Position numbers and translations under genes: made by a program. A stretch of 63,687 bases of DNA, the filler included, from Octopus bimaculoides (Eukaryota): the NCBI RefSeq assembly GCF_001194135.2. It is 6 parts of 6 records of this genome, joined end to end, with 100 filler letters (N's around TTAATTAATTAA, not from the genome) between each part and the next. Parts side by side here need not be neighbours in the genome. Positions count along the whole stretch, not along the records: positions 25,221 to 40,209 come from NC_068999.1; positions 40,310 to 55,929 come from NC_068996.1; 4 more parts are not named here. One strand, written 5' to 3'. The notes beneath the pieces are model-generated. The model did not search any database and was not told the DNA's origin. It worked only from the letters and a program-made list of their open reading frames with translations. Positions 39,900 to 52,534 of this stretch are shown here, piece after piece. Numbering within the stretch: the first letter of the stretch is position 1; every line of letters begins with the position of its first letter.

Positions 39900-39961
39900 G
39901 TATTCAGGTTGAAAATACAGGGAAATCGCATGCAAGACTGCGAAATACCATACAAGAGATG
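39900..39961 (+). CDS. iGluR-like gene, candidate ATD exon
   Basis: atattag|gt ATT CAG...ATG|gtatct; (S)IQVENTGKSHARLRNTIQEM(VSRTER) resembles AMPA-type 'INVGN...YRSLFQDL..KER'. The frame stays open to an alternative donor at 40030. Weak polypyrimidine tract. Confidence 0.45.
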
Positions 39962-40879
39962 GTATCTCGAACGGAAAGACTAAGCGATTATCAAATAGGA
40001 GACAGTATATGCATTGTTATCTTATTTGAAGTATTCATGACGTCACACAACCTGTCGCACGTCAACAATCTGGCTTTTATTTTTCTCAACAACTAAACCT
40101 TCGAAAGTATATCTCTCTATTCAAATTCCTGAAAGTAATGAATTTCCGTAAAGCCCCGAGGCATAAATACCTGTAAGCACGGATATATAAATATATATAT
40201 ATATATATANNNNNNNNNNNNNNNNNNNNNNNNNNNNNNNNNNNNNNNNNNNNTTAATTAATTAANNNNNNNNNNNNNNNNNNNNNNNNNNNNNNNNNNN
40301 NNNNNNNNNGGTGGTGGTGGTGGTGGTGGAAGAGGTGTTGGCGTTGGTGATGATGGTAAGTAAGGATGGGTTCGCTGATTGGAGATTTTTATTTTGTTTC
40401 CCCCCTCGCGTCCTCAGAATGTTGAATAAAGTAAGGTTGTGCTGACGAAAGAATAACGACAGATAGAGAAACAGACAAACAGAGACAAACAGACAGGCAG
40501 ACAGAGGAAGTGAGTGTGGGTGAGGATTGAATATTCTGTCGGGGTATGGGGTGTGTAGTAAGAGTGAGAGGTGTTCGAGGCAACAGGTTGAGTGTATTAG
40601 GGTGACGGTTCTTCAATGTCTTGGGATGAGGAACGAAGAAACGGCGGAGAGGAGAGGGTGACACAGATCGTCTGTATGTGTGTGTGCAAGCGTGTGTGAT
40701 GTGCGGAGATGTGTGTGAAGGATGACGGTAGCGTAGAATGTAAGAAAATAAATAGATGTAGAAAGAAAACAAGGTTCATTACTGTGTGAGGATGTTGAGG
40801 GAAGGTGATGCGATTGGAAGGGAGGGTGGCGTTCAGATAAATTACGACCAGGAGGAGTAAGGGTAATAAGGAAGGGTGT

Positions 40880-41250
40880 GAGGAAGAAGAAGAAGAAGAA
40901 GAAGAAGAAGAAGAAGAAGAAGAAGAAGAAGAAGAAGAAGAAGAAGAAGAAGAAGAAGAAGAAGAAGAAGAAGAAGAAGAAGAAGAAGNNNNNNNNNNNN
41001 NNNNNNNNNNNNNNNNNNNNNNNNNNNNNNNNNNGTGTGAGGAAGAAGAAGAAGAAGAAGAAGAAGAAGAAGAAGAAGAAGAAGAAGAAGAAGAAAGGGA
41101 AGAAGAAGAAGAAGAAGAAGAAAGGGAAGAAGAAGAAGAAGAAGAAGAGGAAGAGGAAGAAGTAGAAGAAGAAAAAGAAGAAGAAGAAGAAGAAGAAGAA
41201 GAAGAAAAAGAAGAAGAAGAAGAAGAAATAGAAGAAGTAGAAGAAGAAGA
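40880..41250. repeat. (GAA)n microsatellite spanning a gap
   Basis: Direct reading. Confidence 0.97.
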
Positions 41251-41508
41251 ACTAGTGGTTATAATGTTGCTGTTGTTGTTGTCGGTGGTGGTGTTGGTGG
41301 TGGTGGTTGTCGTGGTCGTGATAGAGGTTGTAATTAAGATAATAGTGGTTAAGAACTTCACTATTTTGCAGTCACGTGGTTTAGGGTTCGGCCTGCTGAA
41401 GACAACCTTTAGGAAATCTCTTTATTTTTCTACAATGGTACAGAACCAACCAATATTTCTCCCAAAGTGATTTTCTAGATGGAAACTGCGAGAAAACTTA
41501 TCGTTCAT

Positions 41509-41562
<54 letters not shown>

Positions 41563-41786
41563 TATATATATATGGTGGTGGTTGTCTACTCCTCATGCAG
41601 AGTCTAACTCTCTCTTATACTTACACCTTAGATCCACCATAGCGTTTGATGTGGCTTTTTAAATCAGACATTATATTGAAGAAACACCCACATAGATTGC
41701 ATATCAGATTTGGTCCACCAAGAGCTGTGGTATATTAATCGAAGTGTACAGTATTATACATCCATTACGCTCGATCTTACCAACAG

Positions 41787-41817
41787 GTTTCCAACTAGTG
41801 TTTCAACGGGATGTTAG
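41787..41817 (+). CDS. iGluR-like gene, candidate ATD exon
   Basis: cttaccaacag|gt TTC CAA CTA GTG...GTT ag|gtaaca gives (G)FQLVFQRDV, the ATD 'GFQ(L/I)V' motif. The frame is open upstream to 41696 (..CGILIEVYSII.., like 'GMMTEYYHYI'), so the exon may start there. Confidence 0.45.
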
Positions 41818-43199
41818 GTAACATTTCTATTATGTAACTCTACACTCTTCAGAGATAGCGGATCTTTTCTGTTTGACTAAATTTGTGGAAATTTTAAACT
41901 TTAGTGAAAATTTTAAAATTTGGTGTATTATTATCATTTTCCACGCTGAATCTCGGGAGATAAGTCACTTTTTCCAGAAAATATTTCTAAAAAGTTACAG
42001 AGATTTAAAGTTTGGCAATTTTTACTCAGTGAGAAGACAGGATTTGTTATTTTGTGAGTGACTGCACGCGTTGTCAACTGTATACAAATGAAATATTGGC
42101 GGTATTCTGCTTTACTCACGCCATATAACACTTCGTAACTTTTTAATTATTTGGAATTTTCAGAAAATGTTTGCGAATTTGTGTTCTACACACGGGAATT
42201 CATGTGCTTATACCAAAACTGAAAAAAAATTGGTGTGTGATTTAAGGCCTATTTAGTTATTATTTTTACCACATTTTACGACCACTATTTAATAAGAGAA
42301 AAAGATGACCGCATGAGTAAGCAGCTAGGTAATATCTTGGCTTGTTGCTATACGTCTGTGGTTTTCGATTAGCTAAAATTAACCAAAATTTTAAAACTTT
42401 AAAAGCTATTAACTCCTTATTTATTGATTTATGACGAAAATGAATTTCATGTCAATGATTTACTTACAAAACTACACCAAACATAAAATATGTAATCAGT
42501 TGGAACAAAGAAATTGGAAAATGGCACCCAAAGATTCGTTTTCTCATCCTTTTCACAGCAACCACAAACCGTATGTATCTATTCACCTCCAAGAACAGAG
42601 CAGTCGCCATATTTTATTCCATAAGGGCTACCTCGGATCTTTTCTGTTTGGCTGCCACTTTTCAATTTCTTCAATTTTTATTCCAATTGATTTTATATTT
42701 CAAACAGAAAAGAGCCAATGAAACGAAACGAGCAGAAGATTAAGTTAAGAGTTATATCCCTTACTATCAAAACATCGTCTCTCGAGGTTGTTTTGTTGTA
42801 AGTCGGCGAGAGTTTCCTAGCAAAGAGTTTATGGGAAGTATGTGAGTCTTGAAGGTTGGTTTTCATGTGGAAATGTAATGTGCGCCGTGAAACGGTTTAA
42901 CTAGCCATTGCGAGGGTAAATACACATCTACGTTCGTTAATGTGTTTCTTTCTTTTATGCTATGGTTAAGTTCTTGGGGCATTTATGTATGCATGCGGTG
43001 TGTATAGAGGTACAATAAATGGTGGGGTGTATTGAGGGGGAGTCTATTGGTTGGCTGATCGTCGTGCTAGGGTGTGTGCTTTTGTTCGTGCGTGTGTTAG
43101 TGTATGTTCTGGTCAAACTCTTTCCCGGATTCTCAGGTTTTGGTCGAGGGCCGAAGTTGGAGGACTGGTGATTATAGTCATGATGGGACACGCAGGTAT

Positions 43200-43860
43200 G
43201 TTAGGATGTACTTCTTTCATGTGAGCAAGGATTAAAAATCTCACTCCTGCTGTTCAAGTAAATGTGTGGGTGCGGGGTGATCTTTAAATTCGCTCTTTTC
43301 TCAGCCAGGCATAATCTTCACTTCCTGTTGTTATTGATATACGCCTTACATTTCTCTAAAATCCTCCATTTTATGCTGTACGCAGTGGCATTTTCTTTCA
43401 ACGTTCAGACGCGCTTGGCCAGGGTTGTAGCGTTACGTCACTCCAGAATGTCGAAGGAGGACTTGTGGTTGTTACAGCGGATTTTGAAGGGGCCTTCAGT
43501 TGTTCTCACATACTTTCGCACGTTTGGTTGCTCATTTGGTCCTATTATTGTTACTTCTGCCTCATATACAACGGTTTCTGTTTTACAGTGACCGTTCAGT
43601 GGACATGCTGTGTTACCCCCATATGAGTATATTGTCTCTGTCTCAGATGTGTGCCTACCTACTAAAACCCAACATCTTAACCACAATGACACTCACCTTC
43701 ACGTTCATTTTTAACTATTTCTACAATTTTGTTGTGATTTTTGTTTTCTTACCGAGGATTTACGTCACATATCTGTTGTGAAATAAATGGTTTTTGTAAA
43801 TTTATTAAGAAAAATAGTGGATAATTGTGAGTAAATATTAGTATCATAAAACTTTCAAGA
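43200..43860 (-). mobile_element. Penelope-like element, GIY-YIG endonuclease region
   Basis: CPLNGHCKTETVVYEAEV...KYVRTTEGPFKIRCNNHKSSF...LAKRV*TLKE...YSIKWRILEK...LCLAEK...LNSRSEI. Confidence 0.88.
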
Positions 43861-44157
43861 TGCAGTATAAATAGGTTAATCCGACTGTTTAGTTATTGGT
43901 ACTAAAACAAAGTGACATGATATGGAAAGAGACAAACAAGGAGAAACAAGAGGTGAGAAAGATGTAGGATGAAAAATAAGTATGAAGACCGAGATAGCGG
44001 AAAATATAAAATACCAATTGCGTTCAATACTTCCATACAACACGTACTAAAAACTAACAACAAAACACACCAACATTACCATTCACTTCATACCAATATT
44101 ACCATAGACCAACATGATACTACCATAGAACATTCGTCAATATTGTCATGTAATATA

Positions 44158-44365
44158 AGGCGGCGTGCTGCAAAATCGTTAGCATGCCAGGCAAAATACT
44201 TAGCCGTATTTCGTCTGTCTTTACGTTCTGAGTTAAAATTCCACCGAGGTCGACTTTGCCTTTCATCCTTTCGGAGTCGATAAAATAAGTACCAGTTGAA
44301 TACTGGGATCGATGAAACCGACTTAACCCAAAATTTCTGGCCTTGTGTTAGAATTTGAAACCAAT
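44158..44365 (+). mobile_element. SINE family A
   Basis: aaggcggcgtgctgcaaaatcgttagc...gagttaaaattccaccgaggtcgactttgcctttcatcc. Confidence 0.9.
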
Positions 44366-44585
44366 ATTACGATACATTGTGCCATAGAACACATGTCATC
44401 ATTACCAATGCAACATATCTGAAGAGAATTGTATTTTGTAATTTTGACACAAGGCCAACAAGTTTCAGCGGGTGGGGTTAGTGGATGACATTAACCCTAG
44501 TGCTCAAACAAACTAACACCGGTTGTCAAGCACTTGTAGGGGACAAACAACACAAAGATATGCATACACAATTCAAAGGTCACAC

Positions 44586-44599
<14 letters not shown>

Positions 44600-44630
<31 letters not shown>

Positions 44631-44790
44631 TGGGCTTCTTTCAGTTTCTGACTACCAAATGCACTTACACGACCTGAGTCCGCCTGGGACTAAAGTAGAA
44701 AGATACTTACCCAAGATGCTGTGTAGTGGGGTTGAACCTAAAGCCACATGGTTGGGAAGCAAGTTTCGTACCACTCAACCACTTAGCTAA
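44600..44790 (-). mobile_element. SINE family B 5' half
   Basis: gggcttctttcagtttctgactaccaaat...cccaagatgct...aaccta..ccacatggttgg. Confidence 0.8.
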
Positions 44791-44848
44791 TAAAACATTT
44801 GTAAGTCAAAATATTGTCTTCATATACTTTTCCTATCGTTGATTACAG

Positions 44849-44876
44849 AAAAAATCTGAACTGAGGACAACTAAAG
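44849..44876 (+). CDS. iGluR-like gene, weak candidate micro-exon (28 nt)
   Basis: Long pyrimidine tract ...tcctatcgttgattacag|, KKSELRTTK, g|gtttgt; phase 0 to 1 fits 49500. No motif support. Confidence 0.25.
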
Positions 44877-44979
44877 GTTTGTGTAGACAGGGTCTTTAGA
44901 CATTAAGGGCTGTGTGGTTACAAAGTCCGTTTTATTAGAACGTGAGCTCGGATGTAATCTCTGCACAACGCTGCCACAC

Positions 44980-45400
44980 AACACTCAGCAACACTATAAT
45001 ATACAATACCAACACTACCATACACCACACAGCACGATCATACACCATACGCCAATACTTTCATATACCACTCACCAACACTATCATACACCACTTCAAC
45101 ACTACCATACACCATACCAACACTAAAATACACATCAATACTACCATGCACCACCATACAAACACTGCCTTATACCCCGCCAACGTTACGTCATACCACG
45201 CCAACGCTAACATAAACTACACCAACACTACCTTACACTGCACCAAAATTACTATACAACACAACAACACTAACACACACCATACCAACTTTACAACACA
45301 ACACACACACTATACAAATACTACCAGACATATCACCAACACACTACCATACACCACACCAGAATTAACATTGGAGACAACAACAGTATTATATTACCAA
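44980..45400. repeat. degenerate C/A-rich minisatellite (caccata/acact motifs)
   Basis: Recurrent caccat(a)cca-acact words; produces the T/H/N-rich ORF 44942-45526. Confidence 0.8.
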
Positions 45401-45524
45401 CCAACACTGTTATCGTACAAATGCCATTTTTCCCAAACAACGCACCAAAGTAAATTGATTCTGTCAATTTCAACAATGATTATTCCAGATGTTCGATTAA
45501 TAAAAGGCCTCTACATTGAATCAT

Positions 45525-45960
45525 AGTCTAAGTGGCTGAGTATTCCACAGACACGTGTAACCTTAATGTAATCCTCTGAAACAATCAACGTGGCACCGTA
45601 TGTGACAAAGATAGCTTTTTAAATTCCAGTTTCAGTCTATCCGGTGGTCTTTTACTACAGTCTTTTTTTTACTCACATGACCCCTTGGTTTTCTCGAAGC
45701 TTTGCAACCGGTACTCCGTCGGTTACGACGATGAGGATTAATGTGCATGTGGCTGAACACTCCATAAACACGCAGTTCTCAGGGAGATTCATCGTGGCAC
45801 AGAGTATGACAAGACTGGACTTTTTGAATTATAGGTACAACTTATTTTTGTCAGTTGAGCAGACTGGAGCAAAGTGAAATAAAGTGTCTTGCTGAAAGGC
45901 TCAACGCGCGGCCGGAAATCGAACTCACAACCTCACGATTGTAAGCCGAATGCACAAACC
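45525..45960 (-). mobile_element. tRNA-derived SINE(s) related to family C in the 3' part, with a different head
   Basis: Shares gtggctga..actcca..acacg and tgtgacaag segments with 47292. Head on the minus strand has gtgagttcgatttccgg and cagcaagacacttt. Confidence 0.7.
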
Positions 45961-46014
45961 TCTGATCCACTTGTCTTTGCTTTCTCGAATCTATGATAGA
46001 AGAGACTTGCTTAT

Positions 46015-46412
46015 GGCGCAGGAGCGGCTGTGTGGTAAGTAGCTTGCTTACCAACCACACGGTTCCGGGTTCAGTCCCACTGCGTGGCAGCTTGAGCAAG
46101 TGTCTTCTACTATAGCCTCAGGCTGACCAAAGCCTTGTGAGTAGATTGGTAGACGAAAACTGAAAGAAGCCCGTCGTATATATGTATGTGTGTGTGTGTG
46201 TGTGTGTGTTTGTGTGTTTGTGTTTGTCACTCTAGCATTGCCTGACAACCGATACTGGTGTGTTTATGTCCCCGTCACTTAGCAGTTCGGCAAAAAGAGA
46301 ACCGATAGAATAAGTACTAGGCTTCCAAAAAATAAGTCCTGGGGGTCGATTTGCTCGACTAAAGGCGGTGCTCCAGCATGGCCGCAGTCAAATGACTGAA
46401 ACAAGTAGAAGA
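46015..46412 (+). mobile_element. SINE family B, full length
   Basis: ggcgcaggagcggctgtgtggtaag (A-box-like), gggttcagtccc (B-box-like), central (TA)(TG)n, tail gcggtgctccagcatggccgcagtcaaatgactgaaacaagt. Confidence 0.93.
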
Positions 46413-47291
46413 GAGCATGTTTCCATACGCTGGGGGTCGAAACTAGGACACCAGTCTTTTTAACACGTCCATGCCTACCATAGAACATATCTACTTCACC
46501 CACCATTCAACAAGTACCACATGATGTTTAAGACATCTGCACATTATAGTCTGATTACACCCACACTACTTGTCAACCACCGCATATTATTACTTTAGTT
46601 AGATTATCTAAATCTCTGGCAACGCAAGTCTTTACAATTAATTAATGCTAAGATTCTCAGAATTTTAATTATTATAATATCCAATCCTTAATTGAAAATA
46701 TATCTGTGATTTCATTCTGATATGTAAGCATATTTAATTGAAGTTGTTCATTTGAGTAATTTGCTTGCTAGGACCACAATAATTTCATTTCCTGTGTATC
46801 AAATTACAAATTAGTTTATTTAATCCTTCTAAACACATCAATTCTATTTCCTGAAAATTAAAAACTAATAACGGGAGATAGAAATACAAATGCATAAAAC
46901 CCTTGCTGTTCTTGTTATTTTTGTTGTTGTTTTTGATTTTTTTTTCTCGTTGTTCTTGTTGTGTAGCCCAGGACCAGCACTGCTAAAATGTGTCCAAGCT
47001 ATGATCGCCTTTTTTTTTCTATTTATGGTACAATGTACCCAGGACTAACTTTTTACGAATGCATAGTCCTTTTTCTCTGTCACCGTTTTAGACGATATGA
47101 GGTGATTTGAAGATTTAGTTGCTATTTCTAGCACTAAAAGCTACCACATATCGTCTCACTATTGTGAAAGGTGCCACGTTAATACTTTGTTAACAGTTGC
47201 AATTAACGAAAAGAAACCAAATCTTGGAATATATTACTTCTTTTCCTCTTTTTGGTTTTCCTTTGTTTTTCAAGATTAAACGAGCAAATAA

Positions 47292-47672
47292 TGTTGGCAC
47301 TCCGTCGCTTACGACGACGAAGGTTCCAGTTGATCCGATCAACGGAACAGCCTGATCGTGAAATTAACGTGCAAGTGGCTGAGCACTCCACAGACACGTG
47401 TACCCTTAACGTAGTTCTCGGGGATATTCAGCGTGACACAGAGTGACAAGGCTGACCCTTTGAACTACAGGCACAACAGAAATAGGGAGTAAGAGTGAGA
47501 GAAAGTTGTGGTGAAAGAGTACAGCAGGGTTGGCCACCATCCCCTGCCGGAGCCTCGTGGAGCTTTAGGTGTTTTTCGCTCAATAAACACTCACAACGCC
47601 CGGTCTGGTAATCGAAACCGCGATCCTATGACTGCGAGTCCGCTGCCCCAACCACTGGGCCATTACGCCTCC
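47292..47672 (-). mobile_element. SINE family C, full length, 14-bp TSD
   Basis: Minus head ggaggcgtaatggcccagtggttggggcagcggactcgcagtcataggatcgcggtttcgattacc (A/B boxes). TSD aaacgagca(a/g)ataa at 47278-47291 and 47673-47686. Confidence 0.93.
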
Positions 47673-47769
47673 AAACGAGCAGATAAATGTTTCATAACTT
47701 GCTGGGTATTTTTTAGGGCACAAAGAGAGGCTTTTCAATTGTTGTTCATGAGAATACGGTGCTTTATAT

Positions 47770-47995
47770 CCTTCTTTTATTTCTTATCTTTCAACTGTTT
47801 CAGTCGTTAGACTACGGCCATGCTGGGGCACCGCCTTGAATTTTATAGTAGAAGAATCAACACCATTACTTACTTTTTAAATCTGGTACTTATTTTATTG
47901 GTCTCTTTTGCCGAACCACTAAGTTACACGAACACAAGCACACCAACACCAATTGCCAAGCAGTGAAGGATGTCACAAACACGGAAAAAAGACAC
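47770..47995 (-). mobile_element. SINE family B 3' half
   Basis: tttcagtc...ggccatgctggggcaccgcctt...gtctcttttgccgaacc.ctaagttac. Confidence 0.85.
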
Positions 47996-48008
47996 ACACA
48001 TACATACA

Positions 48009-48096
<88 letters not shown>

Positions 48097-49309
48097 NNNN
48101 NNNNNNNNNNNNNNNNNNNNNNNNNNNNNNNNNNNNNNNNNNNNNNNNNNNNNNNNNNNNNNNNNNNNNNNNNNNNNNNNNNNNNNNNNNNNNNNNNNNN
48201 NNNNNNNNNNNNNNNNNNNNNNNNNNNNNNNNNNNNNNNNNNNNNNNNNNNNNNNNNNNNNNNNNNNNNNNNNNNNNNNNNNNNNNNNNNNNNNNNNNNN
48301 CGGCTCTTCCCATGGACCGCAAATTAAATTTGTATACACAAATTAAATCTTGCCATGGAGGAATGTAGTGGCGGACAAAAAACAAGACAGGAAAACAAAC
48401 AGAAAAGGCTTTACAGCCAGACGAGAAAAATTATGTGTGTATGAACGCTGTGAGACACGAACTTGAAAGGGACGAAGTAGTTCGCGTATTTGCTCGGCGA
48501 CAGCCAAGGAAGAAAAGGATTATTGACCGGAAGCATGTGACCATGCCGGTGTAAGGGGAAGAGAGAGAGTGGTAGAGGGAGAAACAAAGGGAGGAAGTAG
48601 AAGAATAGGTGAGCAACGAGAGGAAAAGAGAAAGAGAGGAAGTACGAGGGGGAAAAAGAGATACGTAGAAGTAACAGAGGAAGAACGAGAGGGGTAAAGC
48701 GAGATACGTAGTANNNNNNNNNNNNNNNNNNNNNNNNNNNNNNNNNNNNNNNNNNNNNNNNNNNNNNNNNNNNNNNNNNNNNNNNNNNNNNNNNNNNNNN
48801 NNNNNNNNNNNNNNNNNNNNNNNNNNNNNNNNNNNNNNNNNNNNNNNNNNNNNNNNNNNNNNNNNNNNNNNNNNNNNNNNNNNNNNNNNNNNNNNNNNNN
48901 NNNNNNNNNNNNNNNNNNNNNNNNNNNNNNNNNNNNNNNNNNNNNNNNNNNNNNNNNNNNNNNNNNNNNNNNNNNNNNNNNNNNNNNNNNNNNNNNNNNN
49001 NNNNNNNNNNNNNNNNNNNCTTATGAAGGGGATTGGAGTCAACCAAACCCTAAATATACAGGTAATACCGAGTAAGTGCTGTATACCGACTAGCTTTGCC
49101 CCTGTCGTTGTAGCAACATGAGTGGGGAATATAACATAGGTCGTGTATTAGCGTGTGTATATATAAAGAAAGGAAAGGATAAAGAGACCATTCTTCTACT
49201 ATTACCGTCTCCGATGAAGGGATACATTGGATTTTCCCTTTATCCATATAATTCTAACTTTGCCATTGGTCTCTTTATCCTTTTCTTTCTTTATGCATAT
49301 ATATATATA

Positions 49310-49470
49310 TACGACGTGCTTCTTTCAGTTTCCGTCTATCAAATCCACTCACAAGGCTTTCGTCTGTCAAAGGTTATAGAAGAAGACACTTGCCCAAGGT
49401 GCCACACAGTCGAACTGAACCCAGAACTATGTCATTGGGAAGCAACCTTCTTACCACACTGCCACGCCTG
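49310..49470 (-). mobile_element. SINE family B 5' half
   Basis: ctttcagtttccgtctatcaaatccactcacaaggc...gaagacacttgcccaaggtgccac...ccacactgccacgcctg. Confidence 0.88.
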
Positions 49471-49499
49471 ATGTCGTTTATTTTTTCCTTGATGTTTAG

Positions 49500-49543
49500 A
49501 AGACAGAACAGATCCTATGTTCTTCAGAAACACTCTGAGGCCG
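49500..49543 (+). CDS. iGluR-like gene, candidate ATD exon (44 nt)
   Basis: ttttttccttgatgtttag|aa GAC...CCG|gtgaga; DRTDPMFFRNTLRP, phase 1 to 0, resembling the helix ending '...LK.|V.F.G' in iGluR ATDs. Confidence 0.35.
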
Positions 49544-50399
49544 GTGAGATGTCGTTAGTGTTCCTTTAATATTGTTTCAAATGGACGACTATTAGAATGG
49601 TTTGATCAAGAATGGAATTCCATTGCGCCAACGTGTTAGGGGAGAAAGAACTGGGTTATAGGGCGGGTTTAGAGCAGAGACAAAAGGCTGGACGCAATAT
49701 GAAAGCTGAAAGGAGGGAAAACGAAAGGATTGAAAATGTCTGACAGGATTTGGCATAAGACCAACCAACTTAGAGAAACAGAAACTTTGAAGTAGCGATA
49801 GAAAACCAGAGAAAGGTTAGATCAGAGTCAAATGGTCAGAATCACTTGATCCTCTCGTCCCTTCCTTTGGGCCTATGAAATTATTTACAACCAGAACTTT
49901 AAACAAATAAAGCTTTTGTCAATCAAAATATTGCTCCACTTGCCACTCGCTCGTTAATTACAGAAAATAACTGTACTTATTCACCTTAACTAAGTACAAC
50001 TTTGTGCATTATATAGAGCAAGTCCTTCAGCATTTTGACTTTGTGGCTACAAATTCGGTTCGCAATAATGTGGCTTCGATTTCAATCTCACTACGCAACA
50101 CTTAATGCAAGTATTTTCTATCAAGGCGTCGGATCTTCCCACGCTTTGTGAGAGGCACTGCGTCAAATTCCGGTTGAGTGTGGATGCTTAATTTCTTAAT
50201 GTGTTTAACAATATCACCTGACCTTAAGTGGTGTTGCAAGCATTCAAAACATGTTTTCTGAATAAAGATAACTGCCACCGTATGGTACAGAAAGAGTAAA
50301 CTAAATAAATATCAAATGAACCGATGATTTAGTTGCTGTTTCTTGCTAGACGTTTGACTTACTAGATACAGCAACCAAATCTCTTTCAGATAATAAACC

Positions 50400-50700
50400 C
50401 TACTGTCTTAAGGGAAAAAACACATTAGCTAATATTATCCTTCATAGCTCTCTTATAACTTCCTAAGAGGTTATAAGAATATCTCCTGAAAAAAGCATCC
50501 GAGTAAAGACTATTTAGCCGTCTTCTTGTAATTATTGATGTCATTAAAGGGAGGCGTATGCGTTTGACAAGACATTGCTGGAGAGCTAAACTAGAATTTA
50601 TTAGAGATATAATCCAATGGAGACTTCGACATTGGTATACATGGGTTGGCGTCCAAACATTCAAACGCGCTGCAGTTTCAGGATGGGTAGGATGATCAAG
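50400..50700 (+). mobile_element. RTE-group LINE 3' fragment
   Basis: GRRMRLTRHCWRAKLEFIRDIIQW...WVGVQTF resembles the RTE C-terminal 'RR.RLAGHCWR..E...D.LLW.P.HG....GRP' motif. Confidence 0.6.
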
Positions 50701-51147
50701 TTTGGAAATTCAGAGCACTGTTGACCATATGATTATGATTGCAGAAGTAGAGAAATAATGGAATTCCAAGCAAATATTTTGAAGTATAAACTGTCTCTTT
50801 ATACAGCCTCGTTCAAGCGTGCTGGGGTGAAATTTTTGTTACAAAATAAAAACAACCAAATTTCTCACTGTGACTAATACATATGAATATCATTTCGGAT
50901 ATTTATTTATAAATATATTAAATACGGACATACATCTGTGTACGCATGTACATACATACAGACATGCAGACGTACATACATACATTCATGCATATACATA
51001 CATATATATATATTACACGTGGATATTAAATTGTATAGTTATTAATATATAGAGACGCAGATACATATATGCATAAATCCATATACACCTATGTATATGT
51101 GTGTGTATGTGTATGTATACATACATACATATATATATGTGTGTGTA

Positions 51148-51179
<32 letters not shown>

Positions 51180-51463
51180 TGTGTACATGTGCACGTGTAT
51201 NNNNNNNNNNNNNNNNNNNNNNNNNNNNNNNNNNNNNNNNNNNNNNNNNNNNNNNNNNNNNNNNNNNNNNNNNNNNNNNNNNNNNNNNNNNNNNNNNNNN
51301 NNNNNNNNNNNNNNNNNNNNNNNNNNNNNNNNNNNNNNNNNNNNNNNNNNNNNNNNNNNNNNNNNNNNNNNNNNNNNNNNNNNNNNNNNNNNNNNNNNNN
51401 NNNNNNNNNNNNNNNNNNNNNNNNNNNNNNNNNNNNNNNNNNNNNNNNNNNNNNNNNNATATA

Positions 51464-51494
<31 letters not shown>

Positions 51495-52534
51495 GTCAGT
51501 AAATGGTGGGGTTACTGCATATATATATATATATGCAGTTGTAGATATATATTTCTACATATTAAAACATACACATATACATATCTGTCTGTATATGCGT
51601 GTGTATACACTTACATATACACACACGCTCACATACACACCCACAAATACACACCGACCACATTATACGCATACCACATGCATACATACATACATACATA
51701 CATACATACATACAGTGGTATCTATTTGGTTAGGTACGAAGGCTGTATAGATGAAAGGAGCTGTAGGATATTGATACGTTAACAGACTTTCCCCATAGGT
51801 ATTAGCAGCAACCGAACTGAGCTGGTTTAAACCGGAAATTGAAACCGCTATGCAGTTTTGGTTTTGCCAGATTACTTTTAGCTGTACGGCGCACACCCCT
51901 GAATTATACAATATGGTGTAATGTATATATCTTCTGTCACTTTCTTCTTCGTATTTTATGGTGTGGCAACACCCTTTTGTAGCTAAACATAAACCTTTAT
52001 AAGGCGTTTCTATATCGAAGCGGCAGAGAGAATTTGATTCCTTGGTTATGAGTAGAATTTGATAATGTTCCTACAGAAATTCGAACTCATGATTCTTTTT
52101 CTTTTTTTCTTTTTTTCTTTTGTTTTTGTTAAATTAAAAATACCTTTAGCAAAATTAAGTAGTCGATGACCGAGTGTACTAGAAACGAGACAACCCTTAA
52201 AGATATTTAACTGAAAAATAGCCCATTCTACTTAACTATAGAAGAGTGAAGTGAGCTTGCATAATTAATTTAATGAGCATAGTAAATTTAATTATTCAAG
52301 AATATACAGTATTGAGTTGGAGTAAATTGTTTAACTAAAGTAAAGAATTGTAAGGGAGACAATTTAAAATAATTCTTTTTTTCGTAATGGATTGACGCAC
52401 CAGTTCCAGTTAATTAAAAGTGGAACGTGGCAATGCGGCAAATAGAGTGACAACTATGTACATGTTTCGCTCTTATTAGATTTCTTCAGTGAAGTAATGT
52501 CAATCATACATCTGTAAGGTTAATACGAGGAAAA

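Noticed and set aside
42420-42570. Frames giving LLIYDENE and WNKEIGKWHPK, both resembling ATD motifs; donor gtatgt at 42571
   Set aside because: Poor acceptors, all three frames open, and the position conflicts with the inferred motif order; likely chance, though worth checking in cDNA.
44942-45526. 194-aa T/H/N-rich ORF
   Set aside because: Produced by a C/A-rich degenerate minisatellite.
47600-47672. tRNA-like A/B boxes in SINE heads as tRNA genes
   Set aside because: They continue into SINE bodies, are TSD-flanked or multi-copy, and lack a proper acceptor stem.
51715-51890. Open frames on both strands, the minus one with an FN3-like ISGL...VAANTYGES
   Set aside because: The FN3 Tyr-corner segment is missing and there are no supporting exons.
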